64,000 nucleotides of DNA from Octadecabacter sp. (GTDB lineage: Bacteria; Pseudomonadota; Alphaproteobacteria; Rhodobacterales; Rhodobacteraceae). The position numbers and the translations under genes are program-made. This document shows positions 1 to 11,549 of the stretch, one piece after another. The stretch's first letter is position 1. Each line of letters starts with the position of its first letter. The stretch is taken from positions 377 through 64,376 of the forward strand of contig JBLILC010000003.1 in the NCBI GenBank assembly GCA_047635635.1, written 5' to 3'. Under the pieces are notes generated by a model that worked only from the letters and a program-made list of their open reading frames with translations, did not search any database and was not told where the DNA came from.

Positions 1-350
1 TCACCTTCATTTATGAAACGCCTTTCTTGCACGGTCTATCTTGGCATCCTTCAGCAACTTATCTTTCTGGATGCTTACCCGTTTTGTGCGGTCTGTAGCA
101 TCACCCAAATCGCTGAGGAGCCGTTTAAGCTCAAGCAAATGCGTTACTAGTTTCGGCTTAGCACTCTTTTGCACATCAGACGATTTCGCAGTTTTTTTTC
201 AGGATTAACACCTGACGGAAGCGATTTATAGTGAACTTCTAAATCTTCAAATGCGAAGTCATTCTGAATAGCGCAGGTTCGGGCATCTATAAAAATTTTC
301 GAAAATTCATAACATAAAGACCTTATAAGCTAAAACGTCCTACAGAAATA

Positions 351-384
351 AAGAAAAACCTGCCATAATATGCACAGCAGGGTT
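351..384 (-). terminator. Probable intrinsic terminator of the 5'-nucleotidase gene
   Basis: On the minus strand, CCTGC-N13-GCAGG stem followed by TTTTTCTT, about 25 nt after the stop codon. Confidence 0.55.
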
Positions 385-408
385 AAAGAAGTGAGAAATT
401 TCGACCCC

Positions 409-1965
409 TTACTTCATATTAATACGACCATCCGTATAGGGCTGGTAAGGTGCGTTTTCAGCAATGTATTCAGCAGTAACATCTGCCAGATCAGGGCCAA
501 AATCGTAAGCGTTTTCAGCATCCGTAAACATACCAAACCCATCACCACCGTTGCGTACAAAGTTGTTGGATACAGCGTTATAAGTTTTACCCATGTCCAG
601 TGCTTCACCACCGATCATGACCTCGGAAATGCGATTGCCAGTTTCCATAGACAGATCAACCGTCATAGTCATGCCAGAAATCTGTAAGAACCGACCAGCG
701 CCATCTTCATGCTGAGACACCCCGTTTTCGAGCGCCTCCATCAAAATCTCACCAGTAATCTGAAACGTGGAAAGTGTGTTCTGGAACGGCAGCACCGTCA
801 AGACTTCGCCCATTGTCACTTCGCCCGCGTCAATGTCAGCACGGATACCACCGGAGTTTTGCAAAGCAATATCAATGCCCTGATCAACAACTCGTGAGAG
901 CATCGCATCAGCAATCAGGTTTCCCATGTCACATTCCATCTGGCGACATACAGCGCGGTCACCAGTCAGCACACTAGTGGTTTCAGCCACAACACGATTG
1001 CGGATTTCATCCAACGGCAGCGCTAGCTCAGCGATGCGTTCTTTGGCTGTCGCATCTTCCAAAACTGTGCCATCGATAATAATCGGCGCGCCAGAAGCTT
1101 CGATGATCATACCATCATCATCAAACGTGATATTTAATTCGCCAAGAAATTTACCGTAGGCGTAAGCCTGCACTATAGCTGTATCACCGACCATGGTCGG
1201 ATAAGTGCCTGCCGCACCATCCATGTCACCAAGAAGCGTATTGGAGTGTCCACCAACAATCACGTCAACGCCTGTCGTTGCTTCAGCAATAGCAAGATCA
1301 GTGCTGTAACCCGAATGCGACAGAACGATAATTTTATTTACTCCTTCTGCCATCAATCGATCAACTTCAACCTGCACAGCGCCCACAGGATGAGTAAAAA
1401 TTACGTTAGAACCAGGAGAAGCGAGTTCATCGGTGTTCTGCGGAGTTAAGCCGATCAGGCCAATGCGTTCGCCGCTACGTTCGATAATGGTGGATTTTTC
1501 AATCGCGTCATAGAGCAACACTTCACCAGAAATATCGGCATTCGACATCAGCACAGGAAAATTTACAGTATCAACGAATCCGCGCAGAATTTCAGGACCA
1601 TCGTCAAATTCGTGGTTTCCAACAGTCATGCCGTCATAGCCCAGCTGGTTCATAAATTCAGCCGCCATAGCACCCTTATAATAGGTATAAAAAAGTGTGC
1701 CTTGAAACTGGTCGCCCCCATCTACGAGGATCGAATTGTCGGATCGCCCACGTGCGTTAGCAACTGCCGTGATCAAACGGGCCGTGCCACCAAAACATTT
1801 ACCAGCATCGTTGTCTTCAGCAGAGCAGCCAGAATCATATTTGCTAATCGGTTCAAACCGCGCGTGAAAGTCATTGGTATGCAGGATTGTTAGCGAATAA
1901 TCTGCGGTGACTGCGCCAGCGATCATCGTGATCGCAGCTGATGTTGTAAGTAATCGTATAAGCAT
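409..1965 (-). CDS. Periplasmic bifunctional metallophosphatase/5'-nucleotidase
   Basis: Signal peptide; calcineurin-like motifs LHTNDFH, DGGDQFQG, GNHEFD, GGHSN; 5'-nucleotidase C-terminal NSGGIR. Start chosen at ATG 1965 after GGGA; ORF track start is 1977. Confidence 0.92.
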   Translation of the reverse strand: MLIRLLTTSAAITMIAGAVTADYSLTILHTNDFHARFEPISKYDSGCSAEDNDAGKCFGGTARLITAVANARGRSDNSILVDGGDQFQGTLFYTYYKGAMAAEFMNQLGYDGMTVGNHEFDDGPEILRGFVDTVNFPVLMSNADISGEVLLYDAIEKSTIIERSGERIGLIGLTPQNTDELASPGSNVIFTHPVGAVQVEVDRLMAEGVNKIIVLSHSGYSTDLAIAEATTGVDVIVGGHSNTLLGDMDGAAGTYPTMVGDTAIVQAYAYGKFLGELNITFDDDGMIIEASGAPIIIDGTVLEDATAKERIAELALPLDEIRNRVVAETTSVLTGDRAVCRQMECDMGNLIADAMLSRVVDQGIDIALQNSGGIRADIDAGEVTMGEVLTVLPFQNTLSTFQITGEILMEALENGVSQHEDGAGRFLQISGMTMTVDLSMETGNRISEVMIGGEALDMGKTYNAVSNNFVRNGGDGFGMFTDAENAYDFGPDLADVTAEYIAENAPYQPYTDGRINMK

Positions 1966-2130
1966 ACTAGTCCCCATTTGGTTTGTAATAGCAATCTAAA
2001 CAAATCTTGCGCTGAGTCGGGTATCCAAGTCAAAGATAAGCATCAGGGAAAGCATAAAATCAGAATGTTACAGGACCGTGACGGCAGCGAAACACTTGAC
2101 GTTTGTCAATTGTCGCGCCACTTCGGACAA

Positions 2131-2466
2131 ATGTTAATATATAAAATACTTACCACCGAGCAATTAAACACTTTAAACGCAACAGGTCGATTTGATGGAG
2201 CAGATATTGATTTGGCAGACGGTTATTTACACACCTCCACCGCAGCCCAGGTGCAAGAAACTGCTGACCAGCATTTTAAAGGCATCAAGGACTTGATGCT
2301 GATAGCCCTTGATGAGGCCACATACGGAAGCGATTTGGTCTGGGAGGCCGCACGCGGTGGACAAGATTTTCCCCATATCTACGGACGGCCTCTGTTGCGT
2401 TCTGAACTAGTTTGGGCGCGTCCAATGCCGTTGGTTGACGGACGCCACACTCCTAATACAAAATGA
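2131..2466 (+). CDS. DUF952 family protein
   Basis: MLIYKIL...[11 protein letters not shown]...FPHIYG signature; overlaps the pyrD start (ATGA); ATG at 2131. Confidence 0.88.
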   Translation: MLIYKILTTEQLNTLNATGRFDGADIDLADGYLHTSTAAQVQETADQHFKGIKDLMLIALDEATYGSDLVWEAARGGQDFPHIYGRPLLRSELVWARPMPLVDGRHTPNTK

Positions 2467-3506
2467 ATATATTTGAAGGGATCGGATTGCGCATCTTGCG
2501 GGGAGTAGATCCCGAACGCGCCCATGGACTGGCATTAAAAGCGCTAAACATAGGGTTTGGTCCGCGATCGGGACCTGTCACCTCTGATCGGTTGCGCTGT
2601 ACTATTGCTGGATTGCAATTACCAAACCCAGTAGGATTGGCGGCTGGATTTGACAAAAACGCCGAAAGCCTCAAAGCGTTAGGGCGTACTGGATTTGGAT
2701 TCTTGGAAGTCGGAGCCGCGACACCGTTGCCGCAGGAAGGCAACTCATGCCCACGTCTTTACCGTCTAACCGAGGATAAAGCAGCGATCAATCGGTTTGG
2801 TTTCAACAATCAAGGGATGGTCGCAATTGGCGAGCGTTTAGCCGCGCGTCCAGCGGACAGTGTCGTTGGGCTAAACCTTGGAGCGAACAAAACTAGCGAT
2901 GATCGCGCGGCAGATTTTGCATCTGTATTGGCACATTGTGGCACAAATGTTGACTTTGCGACAGTAAATGTGTCGTCTCCCAATACTAAAAACTTACGCG
3001 CTTTGCAGGAAAAAGATGCATTGGCGGCGCTATTGGGCGGGGTCATGGCGGCTAACGTAGCAGGCATACCCATATTCTTAAAGATTGCGCCTGACTTAAG
3101 CGATGCAGACTTGTCAGATGTAGTACAGGTCGCGCGCACAACTGGAGTGGCGGGTATCATCGCCACAAACACGACATTGTCGCGCGATGGATTAGTTAGT
3201 GGACATAAAAGCGAGGCTGGTGGGTTATCTGGTCAGCCATTGTTCGAAAGATCTACCCGAGTCTTAGCAAAAATATCGAGCTTGACAGATTTACCATTAA
3301 TCGGCGTTGGTGGCGTTGGATCAGGAGAGCAAGCCTATGAAAAAATCCGCGCAGGGGCTTCAGCTGTGCAGCTTTATACTGCCCTAGTTTATGGTGGCAT
3401 TTCGCTTGCGTCCAATATTGCTCGGGAATTGCACGATTTGTTGGCGCGCGACGGATTTTCAAACGTTGCAGAAGCAATTGGAACTGGGAGAGCGGATTGG
3501 CTATGA
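2463..3506 (+). CDS. pyrD: Quinone-dependent dihydroorotate dehydrogenase
   Basis: [38 protein letters not shown] motifs. Confidence 0.96.
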   Translation: MNIFEGIGLRILRGVDPERAHGLALKALNIGFGPRSGPVTSDRLRCTIAGLQLPNPVGLAAGFDKNAESLKALGRTGFGFLEVGAATPLPQEGNSCPRLYRLTEDKAAINRFGFNNQGMVAIGERLAARPADSVVGLNLGANKTSDDRAADFASVLAHCGTNVDFATVNVSSPNTKNLRALQEKDALAALLGGVMAANVAGIPIFLKIAPDLSDADLSDVVQVARTTGVAGIIATNTTLSRDGLVSGHKSEAGGLSGQPLFERSTRVLAKISSLTDLPLIGVGGVGSGEQAYEKIRAGASAVQLYTALVYGGISLASNIARELHDLLARDGFSNVAEAIGTGRADWL

Positions 3507-3702
3507 TGCCAACATAATGCTACATTTGGGGCAACTCGCGGTGCGGTTATATTTAATACATGCGCCAAATGAGGCTGAAATCGTTGCTACACACTATGCA
3601 CTTGGCTTCATCACAGAAGCAATAATGCGCAAGGGTGAAAAGTGTTTCGTAAGGTAGGTTGGAGCTGCTTCCAGAGCGGCTTTAAATGTCGTCTGGGGCG
3701 CA

Positions 3703-5079
3703 TTAGGAGCCTTGTACTCTACCTGGTGGCTTTCCTGTGGGTGTTTCAAAAGTAACGACTGGCTTTAGGATAGAGCGTTCTAGGGCAGGGTATTTCCATG
3801 CCAGTGTTGCACCACGTGCAGCAAAACTAATTAGAAGTGCAATCCAGAGGCCATGATTTGCGGTAATTGGCATTAACATTAGTACAAATGTAAAATAGAT
3901 TGTGGTGGAAATTACCATCATATTACGCATGTCTCGGGTGCGAGTTGCACCGATAAAGATGCCATCCAACATGAACGGTGCTACAGAGATAAGCGGCGTC
4001 AGTGTTGTGTAGACTAGGTAGTCTCGTGCAGCAATGCGTACATCGGGTGCGGTGGTTATCGCGTCAATGAGTGCACCGCCAAACAGGGCGAACATCAGGG
4101 CGAGGACAACACCTGTGCCAAAGCACCAAAACGACACCATTAGAGCCGCACGTCGAAAAGTGGCGCGACAGCGTGCGCCCAGCGCTTGACCCACAAGAGT
4201 TTCAGCAGCAAAGGCGAAACCATCCATCGCATATGCGGTTACGGATAAAAATTGCAGTAAGATATGGTTCGCTGCGAGTCGCGTATCGCCATAAGTTGCG
4301 CCAAAGAATAGAAATGACATGAAGATCGATTGCAGTAAAAGAGAGCGGATCAGGATGTCGACATTCACCACAGCGAAACGTTTGATTTTAACTGGATCCA
4401 ACAAGCGCGCGCGATTGGACCACGAGGCGGTGAAGAACACAGCACGGCAGTACCACAGACCAAGGCCACAACCAGAAATTTCTGCGATGACCGTAGCAGA
4501 CGCGACACCTTGTATTCCCCAGCCTAAAACAGGAACAAACAGTAAATCAAAGCCAATGTTCGTCCCGTTCATCGCCAATTGGATAACCAAAATATCGCGG
4601 GTGCGTTCAGCAGCGACCAGCCAGCCTGTTATGGCAAAAGTTGAAATCAGAAATGGCGCGGACCAGACACGAATAGTCATATAACTTCGCGCGAGGTTTT
4701 CGACCTCATCGCTCGCAGGGGACAACCAAAATCCAAGCGCGAACAGGGGTAATTGCAAGATAACAATAGAAAGGCCACCTATCACAGCAATGGCCAAAGC
4801 ACGGATCAGAATAGCAGCAGATTCGTCCTTGTCCCCTGCCCCTATTGCCTGTGCGGCAAAGCCCGTAGTACCCATACGCAGAAAGCCAAATATCCAGTAC
4901 AATGCAGTGAGGATGATCGCACCGATGCCAACAGCCCCGATAGGAGTTGCTAGACCCATTTGACCAATGACGCTCGTATCCACAAGACCGAGCAGAGGAA
5001 TAGAAATATTCGCTAGGACCACCGGCACTGCGATGTGCAAAATGCGGCGGCTTGTGAGGTGCTGACTTAAGTCAACCAT
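3703..5079 (-). CDS. MATE family efflux transporter (DinF-like)
   Basis: Multi-TM protein with PLLGLVDT and FGFLRMGTTG motifs; hydrophilic C-terminal tail may be a read-through extension. Confidence 0.9.
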   Translation of the reverse strand: MVDLSQHLTSRRILHIAVPVVLANISIPLLGLVDTSVIGQMGLATPIGAVGIGAIILTALYWIFGFLRMGTTGFAAQAIGAGDKDESAAILIRALAIAVIGGLSIVILQLPLFALGFWLSPASDEVENLARSYMTIRVWSAPFLISTFAITGWLVAAERTRDILVIQLAMNGTNIGFDLLFVPVLGWGIQGVASATVIAEISGCGLGLWYCRAVFFTASWSNRARLLDPVKIKRFAVVNVDILIRSLLLQSIFMSFLFFGATYGDTRLAANHILLQFLSVTAYAMDGFAFAAETLVGQALGARCRATFRRAALMVSFWCFGTGVVLALMFALFGGALIDAITTAPDVRIAARDYLVYTTLTPLISVAPFMLDGIFIGATRTRDMRNMMVISTTIYFTFVLMLMPITANHGLWIALLISFAARGATLAWKYPALERSILKPVVTFETPTGKPPGRVQGS

Positions 5080-5554
5080 CTTTTTGGGGCATCAGAAAGT
5101 GCCCTGTAGCTTGTGCAAACATCCGCCTGCGATTGTCCTGCCATGCTTCCACATGCACAGAAGCATAGCGACGGCCAGAGCGGTTGATCGTGGCGCGTGC
5201 GTAGGCGTCACGAGGCAATCCACTGCGAAGGTAATCGACAGTAAAGTCAATAGTTTTGGGCAGGCGTAAATTGCCCAAAACTTCGCCCGATTCAATGCGG
5301 CCCCACATCATTGCCCAAGACAATTCGATAATCGCAGTAGTTTCCAGAAAGGCAGACGTCGCACCGCCATGCAGGGCGGGCAGTATTGGATTGCCAATCA
5401 GCATGTCTTGATAGGGCATAACAGCAGTTAATTCATCGCCACGCCGATCAAACCGAATACCCATAAACTGAATGTAGGGCACGCCACCAACCAAAGATTG
5501 CAGGGCAGCGTCGCGACTTTGTTTGACAACTTGTACGGGTTGTGGACACTTCAT
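5072..5554 (-). CDS. PaaI family thioesterase
   Basis: [21 protein letters not shown] hotdog-fold motifs. Confidence 0.9.
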   Translation of the reverse strand: MKCPQPVQVVKQSRDAALQSLVGGVPYIQFMGIRFDRRGDELTAVMPYQDMLIGNPILPALHGGATSAFLETTAIIELSWAMMWGRIESGEVLGNLRLPKTIDFTVDYLRSGLPRDAYARATINRSGRRYASVHVEAWQDNRRRMFAQATGHFLMPQKDG

Positions 5555-6018
5555 TTGTCGCCTTCAGCTTTGGTATCGGGTTTAGTATCTGTACTTTTGG
5601 TATGGATTGTGAACGCACCAGTTGCAGTGGCTACGGGGCGATCATTGTCAGCGTCCATGGCCGTTGCACGGACAAACGCCACAGATCGGGTAACGTGGTA
5701 ACATTCCGCCCGCGCAGTGATCGTATCGCCAGGGTTGGCAGGGCGCATATAATCTATTCGCAAATCTAAGGTCGCGGTTCCGATGGGAGAGCTTTCATGC
5801 AACATCACAGCAGCCCCGCCACAGGTATCAAGCAATGCTGAAACTGCACCACCGTGGATCACACCAGTTTCGGGATCACCCACCAGCCGTACATCGTAAG
5901 GCATGGCAATCTTTACATAGCCATTGCCAATCTCTTTTAACGCCAAGCCCAGCGCACTGGCATGAGGCAATGCTTCAATAAACTTGGCTGCAATTTTGGT
6001 TCGGTGTTCACTAGTCAT
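5551..6018 (-). CDS. PaaI family thioesterase
   Basis: [30 protein letters not shown]; ATG at 6018. Confidence 0.9.
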   Translation of the reverse strand: MTSEHRTKIAAKFIEALPHASALGLALKEIGNGYVKIAMPYDVRLVGDPETGVIHGGAVSALLDTCGGAAVMLHESSPIGTATLDLRIDYMRPANPGDTITARAECYHVTRSVAFVRATAMDADNDRPVATATGAFTIHTKSTDTKPDTKAEGDK

Positions 6019-6134
6019 CTTCCTGTTGAACCCTGCCCAAGCATTATGCACAAGCGTCAATTCACATACAATCGGAGCCGTTGCCCCGCGCGACGCTGCG
6101 GCGTAGGGTTATTTCTAAGTAAGGGAGCTACCCC

Positions 6135-6503
6135 ATGACAGAACTGCGATTAAGTTTTAAAGAAATGTGCGCCAAGTACGATGTCACCCCCCGCACTTTG
6201 CGCTATTATGAATACATTGAATTACTGTCACCAGAACGCATCGGACGTTCGAGATTTTATGGCGCAAAAGAACTGGCGCGGATGACGCTGGTAATGCGCG
6301 GCCGTAAGTTCGGCTTTCCCCTTGAGGACATTCGACAATGGTTGATGATACGCGAAAACGAAGGCAATGAAGCACAAATGAAAACTTGGCTTGAATTAGC
6401 AGACCGCCAGTTGGGCGAGCTGGAAGACCAACGCATCCAATTAAACGAAACATTGGCAGAACTACAAGAAATGCGTGACGCAACTGCAAAATCATTAATT
6501 TAA
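6135..6503 (+). CDS. MerR family transcriptional regulator (LiuR-like)
   Basis: VTPRTLRYYE HTH, RGRKFGFPLEDI, C-terminal coiled coil; GGGAG RBS. Confidence 0.9.
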   Translation: MTELRLSFKEMCAKYDVTPRTLRYYEYIELLSPERIGRSRFYGAKELARMTLVMRGRKFGFPLEDIRQWLMIRENEGNEAQMKTWLELADRQLGELEDQRIQLNETLAELQEMRDATAKSLI

Positions 6504-6791
6504 AGTTTTCTAGTAACGTTTAAGTGCATCACAGCACCAAAAAAATAATAGTGCTCCTAATTTCCCCCCAACAAAAAAATTGCAAGAATTTCGCACCATG
6601 AATCAACTAAATGGGTATTTTGGATATTTACAAAATCCCTGAAACCAATCAGAAAAAATAATTTTTTACTCTAAAGCCCTTTTAAATACAGACTCTGAGA
6701 AAGCTTGATGCATTTCCCCAGCTCAGGTTAATGCACAAAACATCAAATTCATTGCTGACCTTTCATAAGCTCAGCTTTGACGCGGCGTTAT

Positions 6792-6809
6792 GTTTACGTT
6801 TACGTCACC
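6792..6809. promoter_or_regulatory. Candidate LiuR operator
   Basis: GTTTACGTTTACGTCACC resembles the LiuR-type TTTACGTnnACGTnAA dyad; lies just downstream of TTGACG (6777-6782) and upstream of the second MerR gene and acyl-CoA dehydrogenase. Confidence 0.6.
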
Positions 6810-6876
6810 ATTACTTGTAAGGTGGGTAAAACACCTAATTTATACTTGTGACAAAATAGACGAAAGAAGCGAAACG

Positions 6877-7275
6877 ATGGAACAGGCTATGACAATTCGC
6901 CAGATGTGCGAAGAGTTTAAGATTACACCACGGACACTCCGGTTTTACGAGGCTAAGGAACTGTTGTTTCCAACCCGTGAAAGCCAAAAACGACTTTACG
7001 GTAAACGCGACTGCGTGCGGTTAAAGCTGATTTTGCGCGGTAAGCGTTTCGGCTTCAGTCTCGAAGAGATCCGCCAGCTGCTTGATTTATATTACATGGA
7101 TGACAGTCAAGAAATCCAACTGCGAGAGACCTTCGTTCTGGCGCAAAAGCACCTGACTGACATGCAAGAACAGCGTGCCGAACTTGATGACGCAATCACA
7201 GAACTTAAAGCCCAAATGGATTGGGGTGCCGCGCGATTGGCTAAACTTGAACCAGAACCGGCGACTACAAGCTAA
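6877..7275 (+). CDS. MerR family transcriptional regulator (LiuR-like)
   Basis: ITPRTLRFYE, RLKLILRGKRFGFSLEEIRQLLDLY; ATG at 6877. Confidence 0.9.
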   Translation: MEQAMTIRQMCEEFKITPRTLRFYEAKELLFPTRESQKRLYGKRDCVRLKLILRGKRFGFSLEEIRQLLDLYYMDDSQEIQLRETFVLAQKHLTDMQEQRAELDDAITELKAQMDWGAARLAKLEPEPATTS

Positions 7276-7336
7276 AGCTGACGCCTAGTACTTAAAAATT
7301 TAGTCCAGCAACACCTCATCACGAAAAGAGCAAACA

Positions 7337-9112
7337 ATGCCTAGTTATACCCCCCCTACCAAGGACCAACAGTTCATTCTGCACAACGTTCTAAATATAT
7401 CTAAAATGGATATTCCAGGGTTCGCGGATCTTGATCGTGATTTTACTGATGCAGTTTTAAGTGAGGCAGGAAAGCTGGCAAGCGAAGTTTTAGCCCCTCT
7501 GAACGCGGTGGGCGACAGACAGGGATGTAGCCTTAAAGATGGTGTTGTGCGCACGCCTGACGGATTCAAAGATGCCTATACCGAAATGTCCAAGGGTGGG
7601 TGGATGTCCATGGATCTGGCAGAAGAATACGGCGGCCAAGGCTTGCCTTATATTATGCACACCGCCGCCATGGAGCCTATGGTTTCTGCGAACATGGCAT
7701 TCAACATGTACCCCGGCCTGACGCATGGCAACATTTCCGCAATCGTCACTCACGGTACAGACGCACAAAAAGCGATGTACTTGCCCAAAATGGCTACAGG
7801 AAAATGGTCTGGAACTATGAACCTGACCGAACCTCATTGTGGCACCGACCTTGGATTGATGCGCACCAAAGCAGTGCCACAAGATGATGATACATATAAA
7901 ATTTCCGGTCAGAAAATCTGGATTTCTGCCGGCGAACATGATTTATCCGACAACATCATCCACCTTGTTCTTGCTAAAATTCCGGGTGGGCCAGATGGTG
8001 TAAAAGGCATTTCACTATTTATCGTGCCAAAATTCATAATCAACGATGATGGATCACTGGGCGCGCGTAACGCTTTATCTTGTGGCGGCTTAGAAAAAAA
8101 GATGGGTATTCACGGCAACGCTACTTGTGTGATGAACTATGACGGTGCCACCGGCTACCTCATCGGTGAAATGCACAAAGGCATGCGCGCAATGTTCACG
8201 ATGATGAACGAGGCCCGTTTGGGTGTCGGCCTGCAAGGATATGCACAGGGTGCCGTAGCCTATGAAAATGCGCTTAGGTTTGCACGCGACCGCTTGCAGG
8301 GCCGCGCTGTGACGGGGGTTGAAGCGCCTGAAAAACCTGCTGATCCGATCATCGTGCACCCAGATGTACGCCGCAACCTAATGGACCAAAAGTCTTTTGT
8401 AGAAGGTGCGCGCGCATTAACTTATTGGGGTGCCACATTAATGGACAGAAGCAACAAGAACGACGATGAAGAAGCCGAAGCGCTGATTTCGCTCATAACG
8501 CCTGTGATAAAAGGCTTCCTCACAGATAAAGGATTCGAAACATGCGTTTTGGCACAGCAGACACTTGGAGGCTCTGGTTTTACACAAGAATGGGGACTGG
8601 AACAGTTCGTTCGTGATGCGCGTATTACAATGATCTATGAAGGTACAAACGGTATTCAAGCGCTTGATTTAGTCGGACGAAAGTTGGGGCTGAACGGCGG
8701 CAAAACTGTTATTGCTTTCTTTGAAATGATCAAAATCTATATCGCTGACAACAAAGCCGACGAAGAGTTCAAGGCTAATTTCCTTGAGCCACTGCAAGAA
8801 GCCTCTAAAGATTTGCAAGCTGCAGCTATGTATTTCATGCAAAACATGAAAAACTCAAACGATGCACTCTCAGGATCTTATGATTTCATGCACATGATGG
8901 GCCATGTCTGCCTTGGTTTCATGTGGACAAAAATGGGACGTGCATCAATGGATGCTTTGGCCGCTGGCCACACCGATACTGATTTTCACAATAGCAAAAT
9001 CGCCACAGGGCGCTATTATATGTCCCGTCAGTTACCAGCTACAAAGATGCATCTTTCGCGGATAAAGACTGGTGGTGATACAGTGATGGCATTGGATGCT
9101 GCGCACTTTTAA
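7337..9112 (+). CDS. Acyl-CoA dehydrogenase (long, DmdC-type family)
   Basis: [46 protein letters not shown]. Confidence 0.93.
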   Translation: MPSYTPPTKDQQFILHNVLNISKMDIPGFADLDRDFTDAVLSEAGKLASEVLAPLNAVGDRQGCSLKDGVVRTPDGFKDAYTEMSKGGWMSMDLAEEYGGQGLPYIMHTAAMEPMVSANMAFNMYPGLTHGNISAIVTHGTDAQKAMYLPKMATGKWSGTMNLTEPHCGTDLGLMRTKAVPQDDDTYKISGQKIWISAGEHDLSDNIIHLVLAKIPGGPDGVKGISLFIVPKFIINDDGSLGARNALSCGGLEKKMGIHGNATCVMNYDGATGYLIGEMHKGMRAMFTMMNEARLGVGLQGYAQGAVAYENALRFARDRLQGRAVTGVEAPEKPADPIIVHPDVRRNLMDQKSFVEGARALTYWGATLMDRSNKNDDEEAEALISLITPVIKGFLTDKGFETCVLAQQTLGGSGFTQEWGLEQFVRDARITMIYEGTNGIQALDLVGRKLGLNGGKTVIAFFEMIKIYIADNKADEEFKANFLEPLQEASKDLQAAAMYFMQNMKNSNDALSGSYDFMHMMGHVCLGFMWTKMGRASMDALAAGHTDTDFHNSKIATGRYYMSRQLPATKMHLSRIKTGGDTVMALDAAHF

Positions 9113-9174
9113 CGAGACTTAAAAGCTGAGGGCAGGTTACACCTGCATCATCCAGCCCCTATATTAATGTACAC

Positions 9175-9657
9175 ATGTTAAAACGTTTCCGCCTCACCCC
9201 CTGCTTTTCAATGGATATGATCAAAGAGGGTCATAGCCATTTCAAGCTCTGTGCCAAAGATGCCCGGCTGAGAAAAAGCAAGAAACTTTCATGCTTGGTC
9301 GAAAGTTTCGCTTTCATTGCAAGCAAAGACCCCCTTGTTCACCACATGCGGGTATTTAATTTTAAATTGGAGGTGGGCAAGAAATATAGATTGGGACAAG
9401 TGGGAACCCAACCATCAAGGAACTGTTTTCCTAACAAGATGAAGCAAATAAAAAAAGCTGCAGTGCTTCAACCCAAACCGCCAATTTTCTCCATCTTCTG
9501 GAAACAGTCACGAAGGTCGAGGCCTCACTTTATTAGCAGAATAACTAGCAAGCTATCTGCACCCTTTAGTCATCAACCAATAAGATTAACGCCCCGTTAC
9601 GAAGGACCACTTTCGGCCTTCATCTTGGCAAAAACGGCAAGCGCAACTTCTGCCTAA
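9175..9657 (+). pseudogene. Degenerate small conserved hypothetical protein with read-through extension
   Basis: First ~70 aa (MLKRFRLT...HHMRVFNFKLEVGKK) resemble, from recall, a short Rhodobacteraceae protein beginning MAKRFRLTRRF; the remainder looks non-coding. Confidence 0.4.
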
Positions 9658-9684
9658 CAAGCGACCTCTAGGAGGGGGCAAATC

Positions 9685-10317
9685 ATGATCAAACTACATA
9701 GCTTTGGCGAAAGCGGGAACGCGTACAAGGCCGCGCTAACATTGGAATTGTCAGAGGCAGAGTGGGAGCCCATTTTTGTTGATTTCTTTAATGGTGCGAC
9801 CAGCACTCCAGAATTTCGCGCACTAAACGTCATGGGCGAAGTGCCAGTGATGGAAGACGGTGATCTGATTTTAACACAGTCAGGCGTCATTCAGGATTAT
9901 GTGTCATCCAAGACCGGTAAACTAGGTGGGCGATCCGCTGCAGAAAGGCGTGACATTCTTCGCTGGATGTTTTTTGACAACCAAAAGGTCAGCGGTATTG
10001 CTGGCACTTTGCGCTTCAATATGAATTTTCTACCCGAAGAAAAGCGTAATGCAGACGTAATAACATTTATGACCACACGCCTGATGGGCGCGTTAAGAAT
10101 TATAGAAACTCAGTTAGAAGCAACACCGTACCTAGCAGGCGACGGGCTTAGCATCGCCGACATCGCATGTGTTGGATATCTATTTTACCCCGAACCATTT
10201 GGGTTCAACCGCTCTGAATTCCCCCATATAAACGCTTGGATGAACCGCATAGAGAGCACCAAAGGTTTTAAATACCCATATGATCTGATGCCAGGTAACC
10301 CAAAAGATCGCAGCTAA
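9685..10317 (+). CDS. Glutathione S-transferase family protein
   Basis: ESGNAYK, GEVPV, QSGVI, SIADIAC; GGAGG RBS. Confidence 0.92.
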   Translation: MIKLHSFGESGNAYKAALTLELSEAEWEPIFVDFFNGATSTPEFRALNVMGEVPVMEDGDLILTQSGVIQDYVSSKTGKLGGRSAAERRDILRWMFFDNQKVSGIAGTLRFNMNFLPEEKRNADVITFMTTRLMGALRIIETQLEATPYLAGDGLSIADIACVGYLFYPEPFGFNRSEFPHINAWMNRIESTKGFKYPYDLMPGNPKDRS

Positions 10318-10326
10318 GGAAGCACC

Positions 10327-11538
10327 ATGACCGACGCATATATCTATGACGCAATCCGCACGCCGCGTGGCAAGGGCCGACTAGACGGCAGCCTACACGA
10401 AGTAACTGCTTCGTACCTGTCCGCTGGAATTTTGAACGCCCTACAAGATCGCAACAAGCTAAAAGGCCATGCCGTTGAGGACGTAATTTGGGGTAACGTC
10501 ACCCAAGTCAAAGAACAAGGTGGCTGCCTTGCACGGACTGCTGTGCTCGCGTCCAATCTAGATCAATCTATTCCCGGCCTTGCAATCAATCGTTTTTGTG
10601 CATCAGGTATGGAAGCCGTGAACCTCGCAGCAAACCAAATCAAAGGCGGCGCTGGCGAAGCATATATTGCTGGCGGCGTAGAGATGATGAGCCGCGTGCC
10701 CATGGGCAGCGATGGTGCAGCGATTGCTGTTGACCCATCTATTAGCATGGATAATTATTTCGTACCCCAAGGCGTCTCAGCTGACATTATTGCTACCGAA
10801 TATGGGTTCTCGCGAAGTGACGCGGATGCGCTGGCCGTTGAATCACAACGTCGTGCAAAAGCCGCATGGGACGCGGGTCATTTCAGAAAATCTATCGTGC
10901 CTGTGTTGGACCAGAACGGCCTAACGATTCTGAACACGGACGAATACATGCGCCCACAGACGGACATGCAATCTTTAGGGGCGCTAAACGCAGCATTCCA
11001 AGCGATGGGCGAAGTCATGCCTGGTTTCGACAAGGTTGCGCTAATGAAATACCCCCATCTTGAGCGGATCAATCACATCCACACCGCGGGCAACAGCTCA
11101 GGTATTGTGGACGGCGCTGCTGGTGTATTGATCGGGTCTAAGGAATACGGAACAAAATATGGTCTGACACCACGCGCGCGCATTCGCCAGACCGCAAAAA
11201 TTGGAACTGATCCAACAATTATGCTGACAGGTCCAGTTCCTGTGACGCACAAAATCCTCTCAGATGCGAGAATGGATATAAAAGATATTGATTTGTTTGA
11301 AGTCAACGAGGCGTTCTCAAGCGTTGTGCTACGTTTTATGCAGGCATTCAAAGTCGACCATTCCTTGGTCAACGTGAACGGTGGATCGATTGCAATGGGT
11401 CACCCACTGGGTGCGACAGGCGCGATCATAATAGGCACGCTGCTGGATGAGCTTGAACGGTCTGACAAAGAAGTCGGCCTTGCTACCTTGTGCATCGCAT
11501 CAGGCATGGGTGCGGCAACTATTATTGAACGCGTGTAA
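10327..11538 (+). CDS. Acetyl-CoA C-acyltransferase (thiolase)
   Basis: [27 protein letters not shown]. Confidence 0.95.
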   Translation: MTDAYIYDAIRTPRGKGRLDGSLHEVTASYLSAGILNALQDRNKLKGHAVEDVIWGNVTQVKEQGGCLARTAVLASNLDQSIPGLAINRFCASGMEAVNLAANQIKGGAGEAYIAGGVEMMSRVPMGSDGAAIAVDPSISMDNYFVPQGVSADIIATEYGFSRSDADALAVESQRRAKAAWDAGHFRKSIVPVLDQNGLTILNTDEYMRPQTDMQSLGALNAAFQAMGEVMPGFDKVALMKYPHLERINHIHTAGNSSGIVDGAAGVLIGSKEYGTKYGLTPRARIRQTAKIGTDPTIMLTGPVPVTHKILSDARMDIKDIDLFEVNEAFSSVVLRFMQAFKVDHSLVNVNGGSIAMGHPLGATGAIIIGTLLDELERSDKEVGLATLCIASGMGAATIIERV

Positions 11539-11549
11539 GGAGTAACAAT

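Noticed and set aside
1-330. Minus-strand coding-like stretch split at an A8 run (possible phase variation)
   Set aside because: No family recognisable and it lies at the window edge; cannot be distinguished from general decay
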